From positions 1,054,001 to 1,118,000 of the forward strand of contig JAYWIR010000041.1 in assembly GCA_036172245.1 (NCBI GenBank): a DNA stretch of 64,000 bases. Reading direction: 5' to 3'. Of the stretch, positions 1-11,955 are shown piece by piece (the first letter of the stretch is position 1; every line of letters starts with the position of its first letter). A model generated the notes under the pieces. It made no database searches. It was not told the origin of the DNA and saw only the letters and a program-made list of their open reading frames with translations. Source of the DNA: Raillietiella orientalis. Its lineage: Eukaryota. Made by a program: the position numbers and the translations under genes.

Positions 1-2300
1 CAAGGAGACTAGAGTTCTTCAGCTGCGAACAGTGTGGGTTCATCTGCGTTCTCAGAGTGGTGCATAATGGCAACGAGAACTTTTGATCCCGCCCTTGCAT
101 CCCTGAATGTTTCGCTGCTGCTTCGACTGCCTTCTGCCAAACACCAGTGTTCTGGAGTGTTGTGCTCTTTACCCGAGGGCACAACTGGGAATAATCCCGG
201 CAACTGAGCTCGCGTCACGCTCCTGTTTCACCACCAGCCTCTCGATGTGGAGCTCTTTGGTTCAGGCGCCTCCTCGTTCGATCCCTTTGAAACCAGCAGC
301 AAAGAGCAACTCTTGGCAGTGCCAGTCGATGGCCACCTCCGGAAACGGACCAATTTCTGAGCACTCAAGCGGCCAAGACAGGATGGAGGTCACACTGGAG
401 GATGCTCGTTTCAACGTGGCCTATTCGTCTCCTTCTACAGACGAAACGTCTGATCTTCGGGATTCCGCCTCGCACACCCTTTGGTGCGCGTCCCAAGATT
501 GTTAGCTGCTCCGCACTTATTCCAGGGACCTCGGTTTTTCGGTCGATCCTGTCCGTCGTTTTCCGGACCCCCGATCTCGTAAACCCAAGCATTCTAAGAT
601 GATCGCTCGCACCCGCGCCGAGGTGCGCCTCTAGCGGCGAGGCGGAGAACTAACCGCTAATGCTCGCTCTCCTTGAGTCGCGCGCGCTGCATCTTCTAAA
701 GGCGGGGCAGCGCGAAGATCACCCCCGAGCACCAGACCCGGCCGCAGCTGGGAAGAATCCTCCTGAGATGGGATCATTCGCACCCACCAGCCCTTAATCG
801 ATCCGGCCGAGCGAGAAAAGGGACCGGGAAGAAGTGCAACCACCACAACCTCTTCTAGCTAGAAGGCCACAGTGGCCGAGGATCTCAGCGCAGGTTCCAA
901 AACCGGGAGCGATTCGGAGCCTGAGAATGGGGCTTGATTCCCGGAACCCTTAGAGTCTGCCCATGACGAAACTGACAGGCATGAGGACTTGGAACAAAAT
1001 CAACTCAGGCGTGGGGGTCAAGGGCCCAAGGGGTGTCAAGTCGGAGGTCCCCAACGTGCCGACGAAGCAGAAGACACCGTCTCAGGGGACTCTGGCCGAA
1101 CGGCGGCAGGGGGAAAGGGTGGGGAAAAGCGGCTGCTCGCTCACGCAGAGTCCCAGCGTTGGTGCGGGGACTCGTCGCAGGATCTCGAAAGTTCCGGGGC
1201 CCGTCGAACGACGTACTGTCGAGGCAGCCCCGGAGGGAACGCCCGAGGAAGCGGAAGGAGCGCCACAACGTCCGGCCCCCTCGCGCAGCATCTGGTGAAA
1301 GCGCTAGCTGGGTCGCCAGCCGAGGGGAAACAGCCCCCCTTTCCGTGGACTGCCACCTCCATCGCCCGAGGGAACAGAGCAGAAGACCGCAGAGATGACA
1401 AGAAACCCTCCTCCTCTCTGTCACTCCTCGCACGAGCTGCGAGTGAATGGAGATGTGCGGTTTCTGCACTGTCCAGCCCCACAGTTGCAGCGCAGCGTTC
1501 CCGGCGGTGCGCCCCGGCGTGACCACTCACTCCCTGAGGCGTCGGACCAGCTAGAGCTGCGCGCAGAGACGACCGATGCCACGCCTCTCATTGGGATCAC
1601 CCGGTGCGTGGTACTCCCTGACTCCGGGGGACCGTCGCCATCAGCCGGCGGAAAGCCCGAAGAGGCTCCACCGCAAACAGCACCAACTCGCCCCCCTGCC
1701 GCGCACCGTGAGCCGGACCCCCCCTCCCTCCGATGAATTCTTTCCGCGAGGAGCGCTGCCAGGACGGGAGGACGCCGGGGGCGTTCTGATGGCGGCGACG
1801 ACGAGGACGGGACTCCAGAGGGCGCGCACGCGGTGGTTCCCCGACCTGTTCCCTGGCGGCCGCGGCGTGAGCACTCCTTTCTTCCTCCTCTCTCGGGGAA
1901 GCAGAAGCGGTGCGGGCGCTTCGGCTACGTGAGGTCGTCCCCAGAGACCCCCCACGAACTCGGAGGGAAGTGGCAACGCGGTTTCCCTCTACTGTGCGGC
2001 AGCGGAGGCTCCATGGGCTTTGGTGCGGCGGCGGAGGACGGGCAGAAACGGGGCCGCCCGAGTGTGTCCCTTTCTTCCGTAGACCGACAGTCCGTGCGAT
2101 GGTGGCAGAGGGAAGCCGGGTGTTCTCGCGCGCCTCGCCAGGAGACTTGGCCGCGCCTGCGGAGGACGGAAACCGAAACGCGGGTTGCCGGTCAACTTAG
2201 CGATCCTCTCGGATTCGGAGCAGGTGAGGACGGTGGTGCGGCAGAAGTTCCCAGAAGGCGGGAGAGGAAGGAGCGGTGAACAAGAGAAGGCGAGAACTCC
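1..2300 (-). mobile_element. Degenerate 5' part (ORF1 plus start of apurinic endonuclease) of an L1/Tx1-like non-LTR retrotransposon
   Basis: Minus strand has frame-broken endonuclease-like motifs: 'ATL' near 415, 'HCQE' near 320 and 'VLVAI-YAP' near 60-80. A very GC-rich low-complexity ORF1-like tract precedes them. Boundaries approximate. Confidence 0.45.
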
Positions 2301-3431
2301 ATCCATTTGACAAGAGTGGATTTCCAGAAAGTTTGGAGGTATACAGAGGGAACGAGGGCCATCAATTCCCTCCATTTTTAACTTTACGTATCCCATACGG
2401 AATGAAGTTCGATTTCGTTTCATTTTATTTTATTGTTTTGTTTCGGAACGGAAAACGCCTTTTGACGAAATATTTGGCATCATCTCTGTATTTAAGATGA
2501 GATTCGATCACTCACGTGGAAAACCATCGAAGTGTGACTGTTTTCCAAGGGAACCTTAGCGTCGCCCGTAACGACTACCGTTCCTCAGCCCTGAGTTGCC
2601 AGGACAGCTCCATCCAGGAGCTTCATTCGCTTGAATCCATTCAGGGTGCTCCCCTTTTGAACAAAGCAGTTCCTTTCGCTTGCTTCTGAGCTAGGTTATG
2701 GCGAAGGGCAAGGAGGGCACTTCCTCTGGACCCGAATGCTGCCGTGTTGGTTCTTAATCTTCCACACTACAAGTAGATGCTCACAAAATTCACTTTTAAG
2801 AACGAGGCTCCACGTTGCTTTCAAAGTGCAGACGTGGCCACACGGCCATTCTACGAAAGTCCGTCTTTGATTCCATCACCTGGAGCAAGTCCATCTTTTC
2901 CAACGGGGGGATCGCGTGTCCTCAGCATCATGACAACCTTGGAACATCCTGGCTCCATCTGCAACCATTCCGTCAGTATTTCCAAAGGCCTCCCTGACAA
3001 TGAGCTTGGAGAAAAGGCGGCCATGTCATCCGAGCGGCTCCGTGAGCGTGGCGAGGAAGAAATGGGACTTCGCTTCCCAATCCGTCATCATCATGAGAAG
3101 GAAAGGCAAGGCCGTCGCATTGAAGGAACCATGACGTAGCAAGACCCTGCAGCTGAAGCTCCATGCCGTCTCCTCCTCTAGCAGCATTAATTTGCCTGCT
3201 CTTCCACTACTCGGACACGCAAGCACGTTTTATCAAGGATTACTGCTGATACAGAGACTGCGTGACCTCTTGATGTCATGTTGATGAACCGCTGATGTCA
3301 CCCGTGATGCTTTCGTTTCGTATCCGAGGTGCTGCACGTGGAATGCAACGCCTCATAATGTCGCATAGCACCACAGGCGGAATTTGCGTGGAACGGTGCA
3401 GACAGGAGCTGCAAGCTTCAAACATCCTCAC

Positions 3432-3523
3432 CACCTTATTCTATTTAATTTGCTCACCTCATTGTCTTTAACTGACTCACCTTAATGAATTTTATCTGTT
3501 CACCTTATTGTATTTTATTGGCT
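3432..3523. repeat. Minisatellite, 4 x 23 nt
   Basis: Units caccttattctatttaatttgct / cacctcattgtctttaactgact / caccttaatgaattttatctgtt / caccttattgtattttattggct start at 3432, 3455, 3478, 3501. Confidence 0.85.
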
Positions 3524-3699
3524 CTTTTTCGTTACACAAAGTTCAGTTTAATGCACTCAAGATTGATATGCACTCGGTAGATTTCGTATCCATAAATTAT
3601 TCGCAGAGACCAATTCTTCCATTTGACATCGCTACACAGCACTTCTAATATCTTCGATGAATTCGGGGCGCCATCTTTTGATTACCGAATACTTCAAAC

Positions 3700-5449
3700 G
3701 CGTGGACAATGACTAGGTGTGAAACGTTCCCTGCTGTAACAAAAGGGATTTGCTACGGAATAAGGAAATCGGGGATTTTGGAGAAATTTCTTTCTGCTCT
3801 TTCATCTTCCTGCTGCAGTTGGCGCGCGCCGATTCCACTGCCAAAAAGCCATGTGGAGCGGGCGAGATGGGCCATCAACATGCACACTGCCACCGTCGTG
3901 TTCCAAGCCTCCATATGGCGGGTAGGGGGTGGAGGCTGGGGAACTCCTGGTCGGGGAACTCGGGCGCACGGCAAAGTTCGACCTCCTTCCTTGAGCCCCA
4001 CGACGTCTTTCCTGACCGCGATCTCCATGCTGCCCGAAACGCGCCTGTGGGCCGCTCCGCTTCTTTGGTATTGATCTTCTTTGGTCGCTGGAGGGGGAGG
4101 TGTGTTGAATACAATAGGTAGGATCCTATTTTCGAATCGAGGGATAGATCAGCGCTGGAACTCGGTGAGTCCCGGCTCAGCGAAGGAGGGGAGTCGCGGG
4201 GAGTTTGGGAAAGAAGAACGCCGACCTCGTGGAAGGTTCCTGTAGGTGCGCGCGAAGACCTCGCCTGCTGACAAGCCAAACGCAGTTTGTGTCATTCGGT
4301 CGTCCTCTCTCCTCCGTGAGCGCGCGATCCGGCCTCGGAAGCTGCACCTCCGCCCTATTCCTAGGCTGCGAACCCCGAGAGGGCTGCGGGGGCAGACGAG
4401 ACCTTCTCTCCCCCGAGAGCGCGCGTTTGGACCGTTGGCTGGGGAAAAAGTACAGGAGGAAGGGGAACGCTGTCACCACTCGCGGCCGGTTGTTGCTGCG
4501 GGCGACTGACACTCGTGGACACGTCTTCTTACAACGCGACAGCTGGCTCTGGTGATGCGGCCTGACCACACTGCAAGGTGGGAAGTCGTGCGCTGCGTTG
4601 CAACGAAAACGAAACTTCTGGGTATGCGTGGGCAATTCGGGAGGTGACGAACTCTGCAACCCCGAGTGCCCCACCCACAGGACTCATACGCTGGGAGAAC
4701 TTCTCGAAATTCCTCCAGAGAACCTGAAGTGGCCCCCGTCGTTCTGGAACAACCTCATCCTCCCCCTCAAGTGGCAGGAGTTGGTGTTGCTGATCTTACA
4801 TTGGGGAATTCCATGCAAAGCGCGCCTTCGCTATTGGGCATGGGGGAGGAGGCGACCCTCCCGCGACTGCTTCTAGACTGTGCTGCCCTCCCTTGGGGAT
4901 CGCCTAGCGACGATCCTTGGAATCCCGGTGAGAGGCCCCAGGGAACATTTTGAAACGCCTTTCCCTTTGCGTGCCGCACTGCCACCAGCCGCGCCCCTCG
5001 CAGTTCCCCGCTGTCTTCGCGGGATCGTGGCGGTCTGGAAACCAGGAAGAGGCAAGAACGGAAGGGACGCCGTCCTCTGGTCGGGAATCTTCTTGAGGAC
5101 TTACACGAGATGACCCCACCCGGGCAACATCCGGAGCAATCTCGTCAGCATCCTGGGCAGGACTCAGAGGACTCCTGGCAGCGAACTGCAACCCTCTCTC
5201 TGATTTCCCCCTTACCACGACAAAAACTTTCCCGAGCTTTTGTTTTTGTTTGTTTTTTGTTTTCGGGTTTCCCTTCCTGCCGAAGTGGACCTCGTCGGTC
5301 AGCTCACTGGCAAATTGGCAGGTTCAGTGGGATTCCTTTTTAGTAGGAGCACCAGCTATCCTGAGGATTTTGTTTTTCTTCCACTACAAAAGCGCAAATC
5401 TATTATTTTATTCAGTGAATAGCTCGGCAGAACCGGATGGGGAAAAAAA
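3700..5449 (+). mobile_element. 3' fragment of L1/Tx1-like retrotransposon (post-RT region, zf-RVT-like segment, 3' UTR)
   Basis: ORF 4598-4876 'GELLEIPPENLKWPP...WQELVLLILHWGIPCK' aligns by eye with 'GVLLGIPPEEVKWP' at ~28830 in the RT-bearing element. T-rich 3' UTR at 5229-5270 ends in CCGGATGGGG-A7 at 5433-5449. Confidence 0.75.
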
Positions 5450-6122
5450 CCACACTGAAAGCGCGAGCTGCAATCCCGACAGCCGGCCTCCCTCCAGGGC
5501 GTCTCTAACAGAAGTTCCCTTTGACTGCAAGAGCTTGGAAGCCGCTCGCGCGGATGCCAAAGAAGGAAAGTGTAAAGCGGAGATATGAGATCGTCCTTCC
5601 CTCGAAATCTAGCCACGCGCTGACAGGACACGATCAAGTGGTTAAAAGAAAGAATGTGATGGATATGACTCCTTTCCTGGTTCCCTTATGTGTGTTCTCC
5701 CTGAAAATCCTTCCGGGAAAGCGGGAACACGGAAACGGCGCGCGTCCGCGTGCCAAACGGCAGCACGAAGACTGGGCGTGTTGACCCGCTCGTAAGTCAG
5801 TGTGGTCGAAGGCTCTGCGATTGCGGAGGTGGTGGTAGTTGTCGCCCGACTGGAGACAAATTCGCACCTCTCGTCCCTAAGCCATCCGTGAAAGTGGACA
5901 GTGGAAGCAGCACTTTCCACTAGCGATGGCGTTCGTTGGTGTCCAAGAGGCGAGGTGACAAAGGCAAGGGCTGAGCCTACTCAGAGGCTCCCTCCACAGG
6001 GAGCCTCAGGTTCCCGGGTTTTCCTGAGGCACGCGGCAGGAATCGGCTCCTGAAATGCCCCTATCCCTCAGCGTCCTTCCTTGATGTTTCAAAATCTCGG
6101 TAAGTTTTGAGAAGGAAGAAAG

Positions 6123-6936
6123 CCTTTCTCCAGGGACTTAGGATCGACCGGGTACCGTGTCCAAAGGCTGTTCGCATGGAACCCTTCTCCACATCAGAAC
6201 TCCAATATCTCACTGGAGTATTTGTTACTATCACCAAGATCTGCACCGACGGCAGCTCCAGGCGAGATCGCGCCTAAACCCTTCTGAGCACACCGTCGCA
6301 ACCCTCCTACTCGCCGGAACTTGAGGAACCTTCGTCCTCCGGAAGGCGTCCGGAAGGCAGAAAGGGCTCCGTCCCGGCGGCTGGGCGCAGGTTCGACGCT
6401 GGAGCTCCATCAATTTTCAGGGCTGGCTATTTCAGCAGGTGAGTCGTTTCCGACTCTCTTTAGTGGATTCCGACTTCCATGGTCACCGTCATGCTGCCTA
6501 TAACAACCAACACCTTTCATGGCATTTGGTGAGCGTCGCATCGGGCGCCGTAACAAAACTTTTGTTCCATCCCACAGCGCCAGTTCTGCTTACCAAAAAT
6601 GGCCCACTGGGTGCTCATGGATCCGACAGCCGGTGCTTCAGTTTTCAAGCAAGTCGGACTTCTCACCCATTTAAAGTTTGCAAATACGTTGAGGTCATTT
6701 CGGCCCTAAGGCCTCTAATCATTCGATTTACCGGATGAGACTCCGTTCTTTTTCCGCTTCAGCAAGCACCAGCTAACCTGAGGGAAACTTCGCAGCTACC
6801 AGATAGTTGGATCCGTCTTTCGCCCCTACACCCAGCTCTTATGATCAATTCGCACGTTAGGATCGCTGAGGACCCCCATCAGAGTTTCCTGCTCCGGCGT
6901 CGTCCTGACCAGGCACAGTTCACCATCTCTCAAGTC
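6123..6936 (-). pseudogene. 28S rRNA: 28S rRNA pseudogene fragment (about end of D3 to D7a)
   Basis: Reverse complement of conserved LSU blocks: 'catcccacagcgccagttctgcttaccaaaa', 'ggattccgacttccatgg', 'cacccatttaaagtttg', 'cctctaatcattcg', 'caccaagatctgcac', 'agttcaccatct'. Many substitutions, plus an 8-nt deletion (GAGGGAAC) at 6792/6793 in a conserved block. May extend weakly to ~6045. Confidence 0.93.
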
Positions 6937-9279
6937 CATTGAGGGCTCCAATTGGCGATCTCTCAATAAGCTTTCTTCTCCATTGCATGATGCGCGGTCT
7001 TCTCACCCTCCATCTTTTCATCCTGCTCAGTACTTTCAGCCGGTCCTCCAGACGGGCGTAGCTCCCCGAGCAGCGCAAGGTGCTTGAAAGTTCATCTGCG
7101 CTTATCTGTTCAAGAACCATCATGCTGTGTGCTCTGTCCCCCTCGATGGGAAGAGGGAAAAGAAAACACCGCTCCTTATCAGTAGGCTGCTCTTCACAGT
7201 CCGACAGGATTCCTAGTGTCGAAGGTTGAGGATGGCAGTCATACCATTGATGTCATACCTTACTTGATTGCTCCAAGCCTCAGTTACTCAATCCTTCGAG
7301 CTGCAGTCTGTTAAACATGTCGTTCGGCAGGACTCTTCGGAAAGAAAGGAAAAGAAGAACCCTTTTTAAGACGCAAGGGTATCGCACATCTCCTGGAGTT
7401 GGTGTCGAGCCTGATTTCACTCCAGAGCCAAAATCTTGATTTTGCATGAGAATATGCGAGATCGCGATTCCCTCTTTTTTTCCTCTTCTTTTTCTTCCAC
7501 GAAGAACTTTGAATTTCGTGGACCAACGATGGTAAAGAGGGTTCGAGGCAAACGTGCGACGGTGCGGGCATAAGAGTTAGGTGATGATGGGGTCACATGC
7601 TGGAAAACGAACTTAGCCAATTCATATTCCCTTCTTCGCTTTCCTTTCCAGTGAAAACGTGTCTTTCCAGCGTCCCCCCAGTTCGTTCCCAAAGATCTTT
7701 TCCTCGCTTCCTGATCGGATCTTTTTTTCAGGGAACTTTGAAGGAATATACCCACCCTCGTATAGGCAGGGTTCGTATGACGGGAAAAGTATGGGAGGGC
7801 AGCAGCTTTCGTACAACGCTCAAAGTCAGCCCCCTACAACTCCGCACATGACTTTTGATTTTGTCGCATGGCATCAGTTGAGCGAGAAAGAAAGCGAGAA
7901 CACACGATTTAAGTAGAATGAATTCTGTTTTAATCGAATGTTCCTGAATAGGGTAGAACATTTTTCATCATTGAGGACGATAGGGCTGAGACTGCAGAAT
8001 TGTTGGAATTGTTGAAGCACCAACAAAACTCTAGAGGCTATTCAATTTCTATTCCAAATCACCTTTTTCTACTTCAAGTTGAATAATAAAGTTTAATTTT
8101 TCCTTCTTTTTCATACAATATAATAATTTCATGTCTTAAATAAGTGCTGTCACATTGCCCATGCCTAACCCATAGGGCTTGTATAACGCGGAACGTCTCC
8201 CCCGCTTAATTACTCACTTTACCCTCTTGCTGGTTCATCCTTTTCCGTTGTATCCTGGAGACAGATATGCTCACATGCACGTCGTCGTTTCTTCGTCGTC
8301 TTTCATCCCGAAGGCCTTCTGTTTCTAGAAGTCATCAGAGGGTTTGCAGGTCCACCCGTACTCGGGGTTTCATTCTCTTCATTGGTCAATTATAGAGGAG
8401 AATCTCGGGAACGGAGTGAGAAAGCCGAACTCTATGTCATCCAACGTCTCCTTTTAGCTTATAAAACGTAGTTCAACCTTTCTAATAAGGAGAGATCGAG
8501 TCGAAACACTAACTGCAGGAATTAACATGCAGTCAACATTTTCAGCTCTTGAAGATGAATCTGTTTCTCCACAAAGATCTGTGTATTGATTCATCAGCTT
8601 CCATTTTGCGGGTTATTGAAAGAACGCACTTGATCCAACCCCCCAAAATTAACTTCTGAAGGCACGATTTCACAGTATAAAGGATGGGACTTGTTGTTGG
8701 TGTCAATTAACTCTTTTGGAATGAGTTTCCTGTTTTTCCATCAGTTTTCTGTTTTCCTTGTTTTTTGTTTTTTTGAGGGGCGCGCGAAAGAGATGAAAAT
8801 AATGTAAGTAAGAAGAATGAATCTGAAGATACCACGGAACCAAAAAAACACTATTCTAAGCATCACCAATGGTGATGCTTGGAATAGTCTAAGCATCACC
8901 AATGGTGGTTATCTCTTGTGAAAAAGATGGGATTTCCCATTACTTCCTCGGAGTCAGTTGGTTTAAATGCGTCTCATAGAATGCCTCTCCAGGGCATAGG
9001 AAAGGCGTGGCTCTGAAAGAGGATATAAGGAATTTTGATGAGTTTGCTTGGGAAACATATGTGCTTATTTCTGTCTTCTCGTGTCTCACCTTTTCAACGA
9101 ACCTGGTCCACCGCGATTCCTGTAAAGGGACTACAACTGATCAGCCACAAAGGACTGCTATTGCATTAGTCCTTGAACCTCTTCTAAATTGGCTTCAGTT
9201 TCTTCATACAGGGACGGTTTAGGATGCCTTCTTCGAAATGAGCAAATGGCGGAAGAATAATCTTGCAGAGACGAGTTCT

Positions 9280-9860
9280 TGAGCAGTCTTTCGGCTGAAG
9301 TGCTTCGGTTTTTCATTTTTCCGATAATTTTGCATCCGTATTACATTCGATGTGTCTCCACTGACTTTTCAAGTTTGAAATCATTATTTCTTGAGCCACC
9401 AGTTGTGGATTTTTCTTTATTTGCTGCGCAGCACTTGGAAGAACGAGAATGCCATCGATGTAGTCGTGTGTTGAGCGCCTCTTCAGAACGATTCAATGTT
9501 TCACGAGTGTTGCATCGTTTCACGGATGGAAGACGCATGGTGACCCCCCGTGGAGCTCTGGGATGCCTTTCCAATTTCCGGAGATGAGCATCAGATGCTG
9601 CGAATGAAAGACCCGAGCTTATGTTGCTGTTCCGCGGCAGAATTTTTGAAAGATCTTAAAGGCGGAAAGATGTGCTTTGAAAGATCGGGAAGTTTACTTT
9701 TAAATACCAGGGGGTCGGGGATCAAGAATATCCATGGAGAGATCTTCATGGATGCCATCCGATCAGAAGATGACAGGTGGTGCAACGCTACAAATTGCTC
9801 AGATCCAGAACAAAGAAGATGATGAGGATGATAAAGACGAGATTGCGGGTAGGGTCGATT
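9280..9860 (+). pseudogene. Possible highly degenerate pogo/Tigger-like transposase remnant
   Basis: Fragments 'ERFNV...FTDGRRMVTP', 'LWDAF' and 'FMDAI' resemble DDE_1 motifs in the expected order. Weak and by eye only. Confidence 0.22.
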
Positions 9861-10829
9861 CGAAACTGATGGTATCGATCCCCGGTTCAATAGCACCGAG
9901 ATATTGAAACTCGTGATGATATACGAGGGATGTTCCAAGAGTTTCGAAGGCAATTCAACATGGAAATGGCTACTGCGTGGAGTGACATTTTGTACCTACT
10001 TCCCATGAGAATCCCTGCTACTTTAAGCATCCAAGCGGAGGCCTCGACATCCTCGGGGAGAGTTTTGCTTAATTCCCCCCCTCCTTCCTCCAAACTTGCA
10101 GCTTCTCATCATTTGTAATCCGTAACCCCGTTTCACCAACCCCCTCCCCGCCGATCCGAACGTCAGCTCCTTTTGCCAACGATGCGGTTCGAGAGGAAGC
10201 GAGCGTTCTCGCTCCTTCTGAGTCCAGGTCGAGGCATTCCTCAGAAACGGAGCTGGAGTGCTCCTGGGAGAGCACAGCGCCCGTGCCCCCTTCGCTTCCT
10301 GGCTTTCAGGGCAACTCGTCCCTTGCTTTTGGCTAGGATTCTCTTGCATTATCCAAGGCGCCAACACGAAACACACGCGGAGGAATCCGCTGTACTCGAA
10401 CTGAAAGAACCGACTGCTTTCTGCCGCCATCCAGGGAAGGCAGATTTCTCCAGGATTCCTCCGCCTCGCTTTCGGCAGAGCAGGCTGTGCCTTCCTAAGG
10501 AATGGTGCTCCCAAACAGGCAAAGCATGCTTCTTGACCCCGCCTTCCAGATTGATGGAAATGACACGAGGTGCTGAAATGATGATTGGAAACCGCAGTGA
10601 AAAATTTCCAAGAGTAGGCGCATCTTTCGGGAGGTTCCTGCTTCCCGGCCCGATTCTTCTCCGCGGATGCAGCTCGCAACCGTCCTCAAGAGTTTCGCTT
10701 GAAGGATGCTATGGCGGCGCATCATTTGGGGGACGCAGAGAAATTTTGCTCCCGATTTTTCAGACCGCGTGCCGCCTGTTCCCCGGCACAATGGCTCTTG
10801 CACGGGCGAAGTCCATTGTTCCCTGGATA

Positions 10830-11955
10830 CGAGGCGCATCTCAAAAGTAAGGGGCGATCGGATACAAAGAAAGAAGAAGGGAAACAAAAATGTATTGGTG
10901 GTTCGAAACACATACATCCCCATGTCATTTTTCTATGCAGTCGCCATTTTTTTTTTCGAAACTCTTTTGATACCGTGGAACGAATTTTTTTAGACCCACT
11001 GCATGGAACCGCGGCCCCTGGGAGTTCAGTCAGTTAAGCGCTGCAGTTTTCAACTCCTCCCTTTCCCCCTCGAATCGTTGAGCCACTTCTTGAGGTGCAG
11101 GAGGGAAAACGTGGCAGTCACTGGGCGGAAATGTGAGGTGGGTGATCAAAAAGTTCCATCTGAATTGTCTGGAAATATCTGGAATGTGAGGACAGCATCT
11201 GTTGCCAAGACGCACGTTGTCGTGCAGGAGAACAATTCCAGATCTGGGCATTCCACATCGTCGGTTCTGAATGGCACACCGAAGTTTTGAAAGTGCTTTA
11301 CAGTAGACTTGCGAAGTGATGGTTATTCCAGGCTCCATAAAGTCCACCAAAAGCACCCCCTTTTGGACGGTGCGACTCCGAGTGCCCCACCCCACGGGCT
11401 TATGGTCTGGGGAGAGCTGCTTGGAATCCTTCTGGAAGGAGTGAAGTGGCCCCCAGCGTGCTGGAACAGAGGCGACCTCTCCCTCAATTGGCAGGAGTCG
11501 GCGTTGCTGGTGTTGCATTGGAACCTGCCGTGCAAGACACGCCTTCACCACTGGGCACAGGGAAATGTGAACACTCAGACCACACACTGCTGTCCTCACA
11601 TTCCAGATATTTCCAGACAATTCAAATGGAACTTCTTGATCACCCACCTCATATTTCCGCCCAGTGACTGCCACGTCTTCCCTCCTGCACCTCAAAAAGT
11701 GGCTCAACGATTCGAGGGGGAAAGGGAGGAGTTGAAAACTGCAGCACTTAACTGACTGAACTCCCAGGCGCCGCGGTTCCAAGCAGTGGGTCTAAAAAAA
11801 TTCGTTCCACGGTATCAAAAGAGTTTCGAAAAAAAAAATGGCGACTGCATAGAAAAATGACATGGGGATGTATGTGTTTCGAACTACCAATACACTTTTG
11901 TTTCTCTTATTTGTTCTTTCTTTATATTCGGCCTTTACTTTTGAGATGCGCCCCG
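10830..11955. mobile_element. Mariner-derived non-autonomous fold-back element with two transposase 3' ends in inverted orientation
   Basis: Left TIR cgaggcgcatctcaaaagtaagg follows TA at 10828-29. Its near reverse complement ends at 11955. Inverted arms are 10830-11197 and 11588-11955. Minus strand encodes 'KGVLLVDFMEPGITITSQVYCKALSKLRCAIQNRR..GIVLLHDN', 'PSD.H.F' and 'NGDCIEK*', typical of the mariner transposase C-terminus. Confidence 0.92.
11367..11560 (+). mobile_element. Internal Tx1-like ORF2 fragment captured inside the mariner element
   Basis: 'ATPSAPPHGLMVWGELLGILLEGVKWPPACWN...WQESALLVLHWNLPCKTRLHHW' is homologous to 4655-4845 and 28790-28940. Confidence 0.85.

Noticed and set aside
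3432..3523. CRISPR-like array
   Set aside because: Units abut with no unique spacers, no cas genes, eukaryotic context.
3661..3680. tRNA-Lys primer-binding site (TGGCGCCCCGAA, minus)
   Set aside because: Short imperfect match, with no adjacent LTR end or gag/pol.
8300..8345. Minimal hammerhead ribozyme on minus strand (CTGATGA-cttcta-GAAAC then palindrome GAAGGCCTTC)
   Set aside because: No UH cleavage triplet and no helix I complement after helix III.
9922..9947. Second mariner TIR (tacgagggatgttccaagagtttc)
   Set aside because: Resembles mariner ends, but no partner TIR or linked transposase was found.
11030..11782. 250-aa ORF as a functional transposase or fusion protein
   Set aside because: Chimeric read-through of an antisense arm, antisense LINE fragment and a damaged transposase C-terminus; no N-terminal DNA-binding domain.
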